Source: an uncultured Peptococcaceae bacterium (GTDB lineage Bacteria > Bacillota > Dehalobacteriia > UBA4068). From it: a stretch of 64,000 nucleotides of DNA. Location of the stretch: contig CAYJPF010000002.1 of the NCBI GenBank assembly GCA_964372025.1, forward strand, positions 9,999-73,998, given 5' to 3'. Both the position numbers and the translations under genes were made by a program. This document shows positions 47,323 to 56,342 of this stretch, in pieces. Position 1 is the first letter of the stretch, and every line of letters begins with the position of its first letter. The notes beneath the pieces are model-generated. The model worked only from the letters and a program-made list of their open reading frames with translations. It did no database searches and had not been told where the DNA came from.

Positions 47323-48120
47323 TTAAAGAATATTATATTTGTTAATTAATTTTTTAGCCAAGTCTGTATTATTAGTATTAATACATTCCATAATTGCATC
47401 CATATCTGCTTGAGGAGTCTTACCCTCATTTATGAAAGCTATTGCCTTCATTGTTTGTCGGTATACCCAACGTAGTGTTTCCTCACTGGTGATGAAATAT
47501 CCAGACAAAGTGCGATATTCGCATCCATAGGCAGTCATTCTAAAACAACCCGCTTTTCCATATAGTTTCCTACGTTCATTATCGTTGTCCATCAATATTG
47601 ATGGGACTCCTAGAAATAGGTCTAGAGTTTTAATAATGAGCAACGAAGTGGTTAGGTTATGATCGTCGTACCCCACGTGAATATGGCATCCTGTTGTTCG
47701 GAGATTAGTTGCTGCTCCTTCTGGAGTAGGATTTTCTGCCTCTAGCCAAGCGTTGAAATCTGGTTCGCAGCCAAACATCTTAGCTTCATCGGATTGAAGC
47801 TGATCTTCGTCAATAAAAGCACTTCCTTGACATAGTATATCTAATTTAGAGTCTTTAGATTTCACAAAATCTCTGATCCATTCTTTCATCGTCAACATGT
47901 TATTAACGAAATCGTCCTCGTTGTCTACAGGGGGAATATTGTACTCTGCAAGAATATTATCAATTTGCAATCCAAATCCACTGGGCATATTTTCAGGATG
48001 ATATGCATCCCCTTTTTGTCCCGGGATTAGTCCTATAGAAGAAACTACCTTATCAGTAGTTGTATTAACGATAAAAAGTTCTGGATCAGAACCAATTGTG
48101 ATGTTTTTTAATTTGCTCAT
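47323..48120 (-). CDS. second glutamine-synthetase-fold carboxylate-amine ligase (Amidoligase_2/GCS2-like), 265 aa
   Basis: IGSDPELFI near the N-terminus and GCHIHVGY in the middle, the GxExE / HxH pattern of this family. Confidence 0.5.
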   Translation of the reverse strand: MSKLKNITIGSDPELFIVNTTTDKVVSSIGLIPGQKGDAYHPENMPSGFGLQIDNILAEYNIPPVDNEDDFVNNMLTMKEWIRDFVKSKDSKLDILCQGSAFIDEDQLQSDEAKMFGCEPDFNAWLEAENPTPEGAATNLRTTGCHIHVGYDDHNLTTSLLIIKTLDLFLGVPSILMDNDNERRKLYGKAGCFRMTAYGCEYRTLSGYFITSEETLRWVYRQTMKAIAFINEGKTPQADMDAIMECINTNNTDLAKKLINKYNIL

Positions 48121-48129
48121 TTTGTGAGT

Positions 48130-48753
48130 TTATTTTAAATATGATAAAATAAGTTGATTAGTGTATTCTATATTGGCCTCATCTGAAGACCATTCTGGAT
48201 GTCCCTGAATACAAAGGGAATTTGTTTTTGGAAAGAAAGCATTTTCTACCTCTACGAACGCATTTGGAACCTCAATAGGACCATTTCCCATACAATATCT
48301 ATCAGAACGTGCTTCTTCGCTCCACGCCAATAGTTCCCAATTTTCTTTGGGCATATTCCATGGATACATCATCTGGTGATGTACAGAAGTAACATTGTAG
48401 ATCTCTCCCGTATTTGTTTGAATAGTGTGTCCCCCTCCTCCAGCATGTCTTCGAACATCTTGGATAAGCTTTCCGCCAGATAGTGCACAAAGAAGTTGAG
48501 CTCCCCTACAAATACCTAATTTTAGAGTACCTGCAGGAATCTTATTATATTCAGCTAACTCAAATGCATCTCTACGCCTATCAAAATACGTAGAAGGATG
48601 CTCTGTGTCCCCATATATTTCAGGATTAATGTCTGCCCCTCCTGTAAAAATAGCGATATCCGCTTCGTTTACATTATCAGTTAATGTAAATGGGAAATTA
48701 ATAAAACAAGTAATATTGTTCCAATCATTTCCTACAATATAAATTTTTTTCAT
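48130..48753 (-). CDS. class I glutamine amidotransferase-like / peptidase C26 (gamma-glutamyl hydrolase-like)
   Basis: GICRGAQLL (nucleophile elbow with Cys) and IQGHPEW (His-Glu). Resembles PuuD/gamma-glutamyl-GABA hydrolase-type enzymes. Confidence 0.6.
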   Translation of the reverse strand: MKKIYIVGNDWNNITCFINFPFTLTDNVNEADIAIFTGGADINPEIYGDTEHPSTYFDRRRDAFELAEYNKIPAGTLKLGICRGAQLLCALSGGKLIQDVRRHAGGGGHTIQTNTGEIYNVTSVHHQMMYPWNMPKENWELLAWSEEARSDRYCMGNGPIEVPNAFVEVENAFFPKTNSLCIQGHPEWSSDEANIEYTNQLILSYLK

Positions 48754-49520
48754 TATAGACTTTTTAAATAATTATGTGTTTTTTCAATAAAATCAGGTTC
48801 GCGTGTCCTACTGACCTCGTGGTAGGTAAATCCTAGATAATCTTCTGGCGAACTAGTTACTTTTAAAGATCGTGGAAAAGTTTTTATGAGCCATTGAGAG
48901 TTCTCATACATCTTACTCCAATCAGTTTCTTTAAAAGACTTTATTAATTGTTCAAAAGTTAATGGTACCCTAGGCAACGTATCTGTTGACCAACAATGAT
49001 TAATTCTTCGCAGCAAGCATAGTATCAATGAACAAATAGGATACTTTTGATATTCCTTATAATGCGCTCTTAATGCATATGCGGTTACTGCTAAATAATT
49101 ACCAGGAGCCTCGTTAGGTAATCGCATTAATCCCGCTAATAAAAATACACAATATTGGGGAATATTATTAAACGTGGCTGTAAGTTTGTATTTACAAAAA
49201 GCTATAGAAGAATTCTTTTCTACGTTTATATTAAAGGTAGGATCTAAAGATTGAAATAATGCAGTTAGTTCTTGGTAATAAGCAAGAGTTTCTTTCTTAT
49301 TAAGAAAAGAATGCGAAAGTACGTCTGAATATGCTTTTTTATCTGCTAAATAATAAACCAAAGCACCCGTAGCAGTATTTATTGTTTGGGTACGCATTCT
49401 ACCACTTCATCCCCCAAAACAAGCAGTTTCGGTTGCCTGTTTATTTATCCGGTCTACAATAGTTCCTTTATTAGAAACAATTGTTACATCTAAATGATAA
49501 TTACAATATAATCGTTTCAT
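48753..49520 (-). CDS. hypothetical protein (~255 aa; TGA at 49407)
   Basis: The track ORF 48753-49397 extends upstream through TGA to ATG 49518-49520. Confidence 0.45.
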
Positions 49521-49551
49521 ACTATAATTAACATTTTTTGGGATTCTTCTT

Positions 49552-50424
49552 TTAATTTGGAACATACTTCAATAGTGCTTTAATAAATGGTTTATAATAA
49601 GGGTGACTTCGTAAAGTTTTTTGTGGAGAGCCCAAAAGTAAGTCTAAATCTTCTCGGCCTGGATTTCTGCGAGAAGGTACAGAGGTAATTCCTTGATTAC
49701 GTAAATAGGTTTTGTATTGAGCTGAATACTCAAATAAATTATTTACTCGATTGTTAGTAGGAATTTTTGCAATTACCTTCGAAATATCACAAGGAACTAG
49801 GTTTCCTGAACTAAATCCAAAAGAATGGCTTCCTCCAGAATAAGACATACTCTCAATAAAAGTTACCAGCCAAAATAAACTCTTTCGACGATAATATAGC
49901 TGTTCTTTTAATTTAAAGGCATGTGCTAAATAATAATGATACGGCCACTCATAAAGGTATCGAATAGCAGTCGTTATAAATCTAAAGCTCATCTTAGATA
50001 ATTTGTCTGCTGCAAACTTTACCTCATAAATAGGAGTGTTTTGGAAACATTCTGGAATGATGTGCTCATCGTCGTCCTCATCTATAGGCATCGCATCAAT
50101 TTCTTGTACTGTTAGTCGCACATTTGTGTTTCCCAAGGAAGGGTGATTAGCAGCCTCCGCAATGATGTCTAGCCAAGCCTGAATCTGCTCTAATGAGCAC
50201 CATGTGTAATTACTCCAACGCTCTCCCGTAAGCAATACGTCCACATTTTTGTTAATGTAGATAGAGCTTTTCATATCCTTCATCACACAGGTTTCCTCAT
50301 TAAGGAGGCCCAGCCATGCTCCATAACATGCATATCTATCTAACTCTACAGTATTGGCGATACTATGACCATTGTATTCTTTTGTGAACTCTGCTGTATA
50401 AATTGAACAAATGTTTGTAATCAT
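49552..50424 (-). CDS. hypothetical protein (290 aa)
   Basis: Clean ORF with a TAA stop. It overlaps the ATP-grasp gene's stop. Confidence 0.5.
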   Translation of the reverse strand: MITNICSIYTAEFTKEYNGHSIANTVELDRYACYGAWLGLLNEETCVMKDMKSSIYINKNVDVLLTGERWSNYTWCSLEQIQAWLDIIAEAANHPSLGNTNVRLTVQEIDAMPIDEDDDEHIIPECFQNTPIYEVKFAADKLSKMSFRFITTAIRYLYEWPYHYYLAHAFKLKEQLYYRRKSLFWLVTFIESMSYSGGSHSFGFSSGNLVPCDISKVIAKIPTNNRVNNLFEYSAQYKTYLRNQGITSVPSRRNPGREDLDLLLGSPQKTLRSHPYYKPFIKALLKYVPN

Positions 50425-51206
50425 TATAGTCCTAATGTATTTAGTTTGTTGATATATTTAGTAATGGTGTAATCTCCCAATGATGGGGCTGAATTTGTTT
50501 CAAGAATAATAAATTTTGGATCCACCATATTGTCTTTTCCCTGAACTTTGATATCTACTGCGCCCACATCTATTCCTACAGCATTCATAGCTGCTACAGC
50601 CATATTGCAAATTTCTTCCCAATTGCCTGGTTTTGCAAATAATGGATTTGGTTGACCTGTTTCGGGATTATGTTCGCATATCCAAACACTATTATCGTCA
50701 TGACGATGCCATCTTTCTACAGCGTCCCTTTGCAACATTTTTCGATAGGAAATAACAGGTTCTCCCGCTATAATGTGGATTCTATACTCTTTACTATACG
50801 TATAGTATTTTTCAATAATATGTGTCTCGGGACTCTTGTCCTCCATACATTCCCTAAGTTCTTGGGCATTTTGAATAAGGTAAATTCCATTTCCCTTAGA
50901 CGAAGCTCTATGTTTTACAATGGCGGGAAAGGTATCCCAATCGTCCAATACCTCTCTAACTACTCCCCATTCCGCAGTAATTATCTCCGCAGAGTCAAAC
51001 GCACGCTTCATTAATACTTTGTTTCCAGAAATTTTACACGCTTCTACACTGTTGAGGATTGTGCAATTATTAGGAATACCGTTTGGGAAAATTTCTTCCA
51101 TAGGAGTAGTAGACCCTAATCTAAGTAACGCATGGCCGTTAGTACGAATTTTTCGTCTGAGGCCGTGAGCAGAATGGTTTCTACTCCTTATTTTCATATA
51201 TCTCAT
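50424..51206 (-). CDS. ATP-grasp ligase (RimK/glutathione-synthetase-like)
   Basis: FPAIVKHRASSKGNGIYLIQNAQEL (K…G.G loop), IIEKYYTYSKEYRIHII and IDVGAVDIKV…FIILETNSAPSLG (catalytic E/N), all in ATP-grasp order. Confidence 0.6.
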   Translation of the reverse strand: MRYMKIRSRNHSAHGLRRKIRTNGHALLRLGSTTPMEEIFPNGIPNNCTILNSVEACKISGNKVLMKRAFDSAEIITAEWGVVREVLDDWDTFPAIVKHRASSKGNGIYLIQNAQELRECMEDKSPETHIIEKYYTYSKEYRIHIIAGEPVISYRKMLQRDAVERWHRHDDNSVWICEHNPETGQPNPLFAKPGNWEEICNMAVAAMNAVGIDVGAVDIKVQGKDNMVDPKFIILETNSAPSLGDYTITKYINKLNTLGL

Positions 51207-51216
51207 ATATACAATT

Positions 51217-52227
51217 TTAAAATGGACAATCTATATAATTAATTGTCTTGGTTAATAATGAGTTAATAATAGTAATAAATTTTGTCTTGCCAACTTTTTG
51301 AAATAAATCGGAACTATCTTTAGCTCCAAATTCTTCTGGTAGAATTAATTGGGTTAATTCAAATGTTTTAGAAAATAGTTTTCCATACTTTGTTCCCCAA
51401 TTTTCTTTCTTTGTAAAATCATTATCATATAAAATATAGATGTTAGCAAATCTACTTTTTAATTCGTTGATAACAGATTCTTTGGGTAAATAGGATTCTG
51501 CCTGTAGACTTGTGGCCGGAATACCTGTGGAATTCCATATGCACATAGCATCCTTACGAGAAGAAGTAATAATTAATGTGTCTCCCTTTTGGGGGAGTTG
51601 TTCCCACATATCCCAAGTATCCCCACTATGTTTATTTAACCATTTAAATTTAGTGCTAAACGGCTGGTAAATTTTATATGTAGGAACACCATCTTTAAAC
51701 TCTATGTATGCATACGCATATTTTTCTGCGGGGATAATATGTTCTCCTAATTCAGTATATAAGAATGTATGACTGATAGGAACTACCTTACAAAATTCTA
51801 AAAACTTTTTAGATAATCCGTAGCTTCTCCAATATTCTTTATCCCATTCTGCCCACGCTCTTTGCCTAATTTTGATCTCAGAAACTCTAGGTTTAGGAGA
51901 ATATTTAGTCTTCGGCTGTGCAGAAGGAATGGAGGCTGTCTTAGTAATATCTGCGGAATCAATAGTATTTAGCACTTCTTGCCAAGGCTTATTTAGATAG
52001 CGCTGCAATAAGGTGAATAAGTCGCCTTTATCACCGGTAGCAAAATCAGTAAAATATACTTTTCCTTCTGCACTACATGTAAGCCCTAACGAAGGATTTG
52101 TATCAGAGCGGAGAGGACTACATATTACAGTAGGTAAATTGCATACTCCAAAATAATGATGGAGTATTTGCAATTCACTTACTTTTTCTAAGAGATCCTC
52201 TTTATAGGAGTTCCCCTTAGCAAACAT
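51217..52227 (-). CDS. DnaG-like DNA primase with a degenerate (ligand-less) CHC2 zinc-finger region and a TOPRIM-like core
   Basis: ICSPLRSDTNPSLGL…GKVYFTDFATGDKGDLFTLL parallels the DnaG CHC2 region, but lacks the His and two Cys ligands. The TOPRIM-like region is IITSSRKD…IYILYDND. Confidence 0.5.
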   Translation of the reverse strand: MFAKGNSYKEDLLEKVSELQILHHYFGVCNLPTVICSPLRSDTNPSLGLTCSAEGKVYFTDFATGDKGDLFTLLQRYLNKPWQEVLNTIDSADITKTASIPSAQPKTKYSPKPRVSEIKIRQRAWAEWDKEYWRSYGLSKKFLEFCKVVPISHTFLYTELGEHIIPAEKYAYAYIEFKDGVPTYKIYQPFSTKFKWLNKHSGDTWDMWEQLPQKGDTLIITSSRKDAMCIWNSTGIPATSLQAESYLPKESVINELKSRFANIYILYDNDFTKKENWGTKYGKLFSKTFELTQLILPEEFGAKDSSDLFQKVGKTKFITIINSLLTKTINYIDCPF

Positions 52228-52228
52228 T

Positions 52229-53092
52229 TTACCAATCGTCTTCTACATCTGTTGCCGCGGTAACTTCCGAAGGATTCGTTGGAGTTAAGGTAAAATCCCT
52301 AAGCTCAAAGTCTGATGGGCCAAAATTAGTATTTTTATACCCACCAAATTCTTGCACATTCGCAAGACGTTTAGCTACAAAATCTACATTTCGCGCCCCT
52401 CCTCGAATTGGAACATCAACAAACCAATCTTGAAATACTCGATTATCCTCTGTTATACGTGCTCCCGCTAGCATCTTAAAGATTTTCATAGAAGCCATAT
52501 AAGACTTTAGCTCTTTGATATTACCAGTTGTAGCCATCGCCTTAATATCATCCATACGAGATAGTGCGTCTTGCTTATTAGCAATAACATTTCCCTCAAA
52601 ATTAATTACTCTGGGGATGTTGATGGCTGTCTGGAGAAGCATCGTAAGTCTTTCTTCTCCCACAAAAGCAGGGCGAACGTCCTCCATTAAGAAGTTGGGA
52701 AAGTTTTCAGGAGGAGTATTAGTTTCCATCTGCTCCTTAGTAACCCAAGCAAATTGCCCATACGGGTTCACGACCTGTACCTTGGATTTATCTGCATTAA
52801 ATCTTTTCTCTGGAGTAACCCAGATAGCAAATTTACTAAGAACATCTACATCACTTTCTTTAGTAGATTGTACGTAGAAATCCAGCCTTAGACGAGCAGT
52901 ACCTGTATTAGGATCTTTGTCCAAATACACAAGATCTTTTTCAATGACCCTATTCTGTAACTTACCCAATTCTTCTTTTGTAGGATTAATGGCTACAATT
53001 TGAATTGGCATAATTCCCGTATACACAGGTTGTGGAGTGAAAGTAGCAGCTTCTGAGCCAGCTGCAAAGGCCATCATCAATAATTCTGACAT
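52229..53092 (-). CDS. putative ssDNA-binding protein with an acidic C-terminal tail
   Basis: ATG at 53090-53092 (MSELL…). The C-terminus is …TAATDVEDDW. It lies between the primase and a RecA-fold ATPase, the usual SSB position. The assignment is by context and composition only. Confidence 0.4.
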   Translation of the reverse strand: MSELLMMAFAAGSEAATFTPQPVYTGIMPIQIVAINPTKEELGKLQNRVIEKDLVYLDKDPNTGTARLRLDFYVQSTKESDVDVLSKFAIWVTPEKRFNADKSKVQVVNPYGQFAWVTKEQMETNTPPENFPNFLMEDVRPAFVGEERLTMLLQTAINIPRVINFEGNVIANKQDALSRMDDIKAMATTGNIKELKSYMASMKIFKMLAGARITEDNRVFQDWFVDVPIRGGARNVDFVAKRLANVQEFGGYKNTNFGPSDFELRDFTLTPTNPSEVTAATDVEDDW

Positions 53093-53108
53093 AATATAGT
53101 TATTTAAA

Positions 53109-53483
53109 TTAAATACCGTAATATTCACGGATAGAATTGTCTACTAAAGACAATGAATTTGGGATCAGCATGTCGTTAAACATACCAATAGGAGATTTTC
53201 CAGAACTTGCATTACATTGTGTCTCAAAGTAATACTTATTTCTTCCATCTCCTGATGCTTCTACCTTAGTAAATAACACTACAGGTAAGAGAGATTCTGG
53301 GAATACTTTTTTGAGTTTTCTACCAGAAGTGGCTAATACTTTACGCTCTTGTCCAGAAGCATCTGTAACAAGTTCAGGATGCCCGAATATGTAGCATATT
53401 TGGTCTTCCCTAAGAATAGTATTAGCAGTCTTAATAATATCTACTACATCAATAGCTAAATCCTTCCATTGCGTTTGTTTTCA
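53109..53483 (-). CDS. exon 2 of an intron-split RecA-fold P-loop ATPase (Sak4/AAA_24-like)
   Basis: The frame is open from just after TAA(53484-53486)/TGA(53481-53483) to TAA 53109-53111. It has no start codon of its own. It reads …DLAIDVVDIIK…ICYIFGHPELV…MFNDMLIPNSLSLVDNSIREYYGI. Confidence 0.5.
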
Positions 53484-54254
53484 TTAGGTTTTTTATCCTA
53501 ATCTCTACGCATTTCTGCGTAGTCCAGCATACATCATCGCTTCACAGCGTTGGGCACTCGTGGGGTAATTATTAGTGACTTCTTCATACCCTATGCGTTG
53601 AACCTTCTCCATACTAATTAGTCTTCAGGAGCTTGGCTGCTTTTAAGTGATTTTCCCTATAATAAGGTTTTTACCATCTAATAGGCGTTATCCTATCTGC
53701 TTCTAAATACTTTTCAGTAAGTAAGCGGTACTTATTATTTTACAGGACGTTCCAGCAATTCACCCAATTTTAATTCGACCATTATTTAAATTGCCACCTA
53801 AATCCATAGGCTGTGTTGTACTTAGGTAGATTGTTACAACACTTTTGAATAGGACTATATGCACTTTTGTTAATAGATCTCGCAGCTTCTCTAATCGCAG
53901 GGAATTCTGCTAATACTTTCCCAGTATAACGATCTATTTTTAATACTGTTTTACCACGACTATAGTGACTATTATATTTAGTACTGCACCACTCTAAATT
54001 ATCCACATTATTATTAATTTTATTTTCATCTTTATGATTTACTTCTGGATAATTTTGTGGATTGGGTAAGAAGGTAAGCGCTACAGCTCTATGCATAGAT
54101 AGGTGATATTGTTTGTAATTATTATTCAGGGTTACAAACTTATATCCACGGGAATCAGTTGCTTGTTTTAAAGGTACTCCCTTCAAACCAAGTATGACTC
54201 CTGTTCTAGATACTTTGTATCTTGGATCTATAGGCAATTCTTTAAATTCCATAA
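53484..54254 (-). mobile_element. group I intron (same family as the 432-1251 intron) carrying an HNH homing endonuclease
   Basis: On the - strand: P GAATTGCTGGAA (53750-53761), Q AAGCAGCCAAGC (53631-53644), R GGTTCAACGCATAG (53591-53607) and a GNRA hairpin CTACGCAG-AAA-TGCGTAG near 53500. The ORF lies 5' of P. Boundaries are approximate. Confidence 0.6.
53782..54252 (-). CDS. HNH homing endonuclease (NUMOD4 + HNH_3-like) inside the intron
   Basis: MEFKELPIDPRYKVSRTGVILG (NUMOD4-like) and HKDENKINNNVDNLEWCSTKYN (HNH). TAA stop. Confidence 0.8.
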   Translation of the reverse strand: MEFKELPIDPRYKVSRTGVILGLKGVPLKQATDSRGYKFVTLNNNYKQYHLSMHRAVALTFLPNPQNYPEVNHKDENKINNNVDNLEWCSTKYNSHYSRGKTVLKIDRYTGKVLAEFPAIREAARSINKSAYSPIQKCCNNLPKYNTAYGFRWQFK

Positions 54255-54601
54255 TCGAATGACATTTTCTTGCGATCTCCCAACTCTTTAAAAGTTAGGT
54301 AACTATTAATTGTATCAATAGCACAAGATTTGATGTTCTCATCTTTAGACCAAGCTTCTAGAGTTTTAATAATAGTTGCAATATTATCAGTCTCTCTATA
54401 ATTGCGATTCTCTGCATTCCATTGTTTAGTTAATGCCGCAGGGAAAGGCAATTTCTTTTGATCAATATTGATTATTCCATGATGTTTGGGATTGATTCCC
54501 AAATAGTTTTCTACAAAGTCAATTGATCCATCAGGATTAATAACTGTAGAAGTAGATTTTCCGTCCCCGGAGAACCCAACGATTCCGACAACCACGCCCA
54601 T
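54255..54601 (-). CDS. exon 1 of the split P-loop ATPase (Walker A/B part)
   Basis: MGVVVGIVGFSGDGKST (Walker A) and …SCAIDTINSYLTF (Walker B-like). Its frame terminates at TAA 54242-54244, just past the HNH start, so the 3' boundary is approximate. Confidence 0.5.
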
Positions 54602-55785
54602 ATTCGTATAAATTTAAATTTCATAGTAGTCTTTTGTTTAGGATCTACTAATAAAGTAGCCACAATAACTTTATTATTTTGCCTTATAGCATTAATTTTA
54701 TTGTAAACTACTTCTAACTTCGCCTCCTCAGTAGGAGGAGGTAATTCTTTAAAGAAATTAACGGCTCCGTCAAAGTATAGAGGACAAATAAATTTGCCTC
54801 CTCCTTCTCGGCCTCCAATTAACTCTAGAAAGCGTATATTATCACCAAATTTGGCAATATTATACTTTAGAAAGGTAGGAATATTGTATCTATGGGGAGC
54901 ATATAAGCCCATAAATATATCCACGTCTCTCCATGTTGTTTTGCACTCACCTAGTCCGTCAGCAGAGGGCTTCAGCTTATCAAGTTTGAAATTCTCCGTG
55001 CCTTCTTGGGAAGCAGCCTGTTGTTGTACAACTACAAATGTAAATTTATATCTATTTCGTAATTGCACTAAATATTTCGAAGATAACAATTCTATAGTAG
55101 ACCGTAGATCTAGTCCCTTTTCTTGGGTAAGTAAGGATATGTGGTCTATGATTACTATGTTATACAACTCAGGGTCATTAGGTTCATAATAATCAAAAAC
55201 TGATCTAGAGTACTCCTCATGGGTCTCATTATCTTTAAATATTTTAGATGTAAAATGCGTAGTTCCAACAGATGAAGCATATTTCTGTAAAAACTCCTTA
55301 ATACCTGTTGGGTGCCGCACATCGTCGATGAAAGTCACGTGCTCCTCAAAATACGTAATATATTTTTGATATTCCGGAGTTTGTAGTAACTCTATTGCTT
55401 CCTGAGGAAGTAACTTTTCCAAGTTAATAGAGCGCAGTTGTTGACTATCCAATCTAATCTTTTGGCCGGATAATTTAAATAATAAATAGCAGAGAAATTG
55501 TATATATTTTTGTTCTACACTCATCTCAAATGTAAAATAAAACCATCGCACATGAAGACCTTTATCAATAGCTTCAAATATAGGCTCATATACTGCCATA
55601 AAGTCTGTAATTTGGGTCTTACCTACTTTAGAATTAGCTGTAACTAATATATATTTACCCTTCTCAAATCCTGGAAATACTGCTCTAAATCTAGGAAACG
55701 GTGAGGGAATACAATTAGTTAAACCTTTTACGATTCTCTCTCTATAACTTATTAAATTATGGAATACGCGTTCAAATATAGCCAT
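54511..55785 (-). CDS. DnaB/gp4-like replicative helicase
   Basis: ILVTANSKVGKTQITDFMA (H1), FTFEMSVEQ (H1a), IVIIDHISLL (H2). TAG stop at 54511-54513. The 3' end overlaps the next gene by 91 nt. Confidence 0.75.
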   Translation of the reverse strand: MAIFERVFHNLISYRERIVKGLTNCIPSPFPRFRAVFPGFEKGKYILVTANSKVGKTQITDFMAVYEPIFEAIDKGLHVRWFYFTFEMSVEQKYIQFLCYLLFKLSGQKIRLDSQQLRSINLEKLLPQEAIELLQTPEYQKYITYFEEHVTFIDDVRHPTGIKEFLQKYASSVGTTHFTSKIFKDNETHEEYSRSVFDYYEPNDPELYNIVIIDHISLLTQEKGLDLRSTIELLSSKYLVQLRNRYKFTFVVVQQQAASQEGTENFKLDKLKPSADGLGECKTTWRDVDIFMGLYAPHRYNIPTFLKYNIAKFGDNIRFLELIGGREGGGKFICPLYFDGAVNFFKELPPPTEEAKLEVVYNKINAIRQNNKVIVATLLVDPKQKTTMKFKFIRIWAWLSESLGSPGTENLLLQLLILMDQLTL

Positions 55786-56342
55786 TATAGTAATCCTCCC
55801 TCCAATTCCATAGGAATAGTTTCTTCAATATTAGTATTCTCCAGTATACTAAGTAAATCAGATTCTTCGTTCTTTTCTATGAAGTAAGGGAGTGTTCGCA
55901 TAATTTGTAAATTATGTCTAAATGTATGAATATATTCCTCAGTGGCTGCAATAATTTGCTCATTAGTGTACTTAGGGTATTTAAATAAAAACCCATTGAG
56001 TTTTTTAACTAGGCTTGCAGTACTACCTCTTCAATACATCGCTGTTCCGGGCTTTCTTCCTGTAGGAAATAACTCCTTCATCTTCTCCATCAGCTCATGT
56101 ATTCTTTCTATATCAGTTTGCACATCAGTTGCTTTGAACATTATTGCACTGGCCACAGAATGGCCCATTCCTGATAATACTATTTTACCGTCTTTAGAAG
56201 TAATAAGTCCTTTATCCAAAAGATCATTAAATTCTTCCAAAGATACGCAAAAAGCCAGTGAAAATAAGTATGCAAATTGATTAAACGTTAATCCTTGCTT
56301 TAATACGGCATTATGTTTTATGTTTATATTCATATAAAACAT
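55785..56342 (-). CDS. hypothetical protein (~185 aa; TGA at 56031), positioned like a helicase loader/accessory factor
   Basis: The track ORF 56031-56342 continues through TGA to TAA 55785-55787, which overlaps the helicase ATG. Confidence 0.5.
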
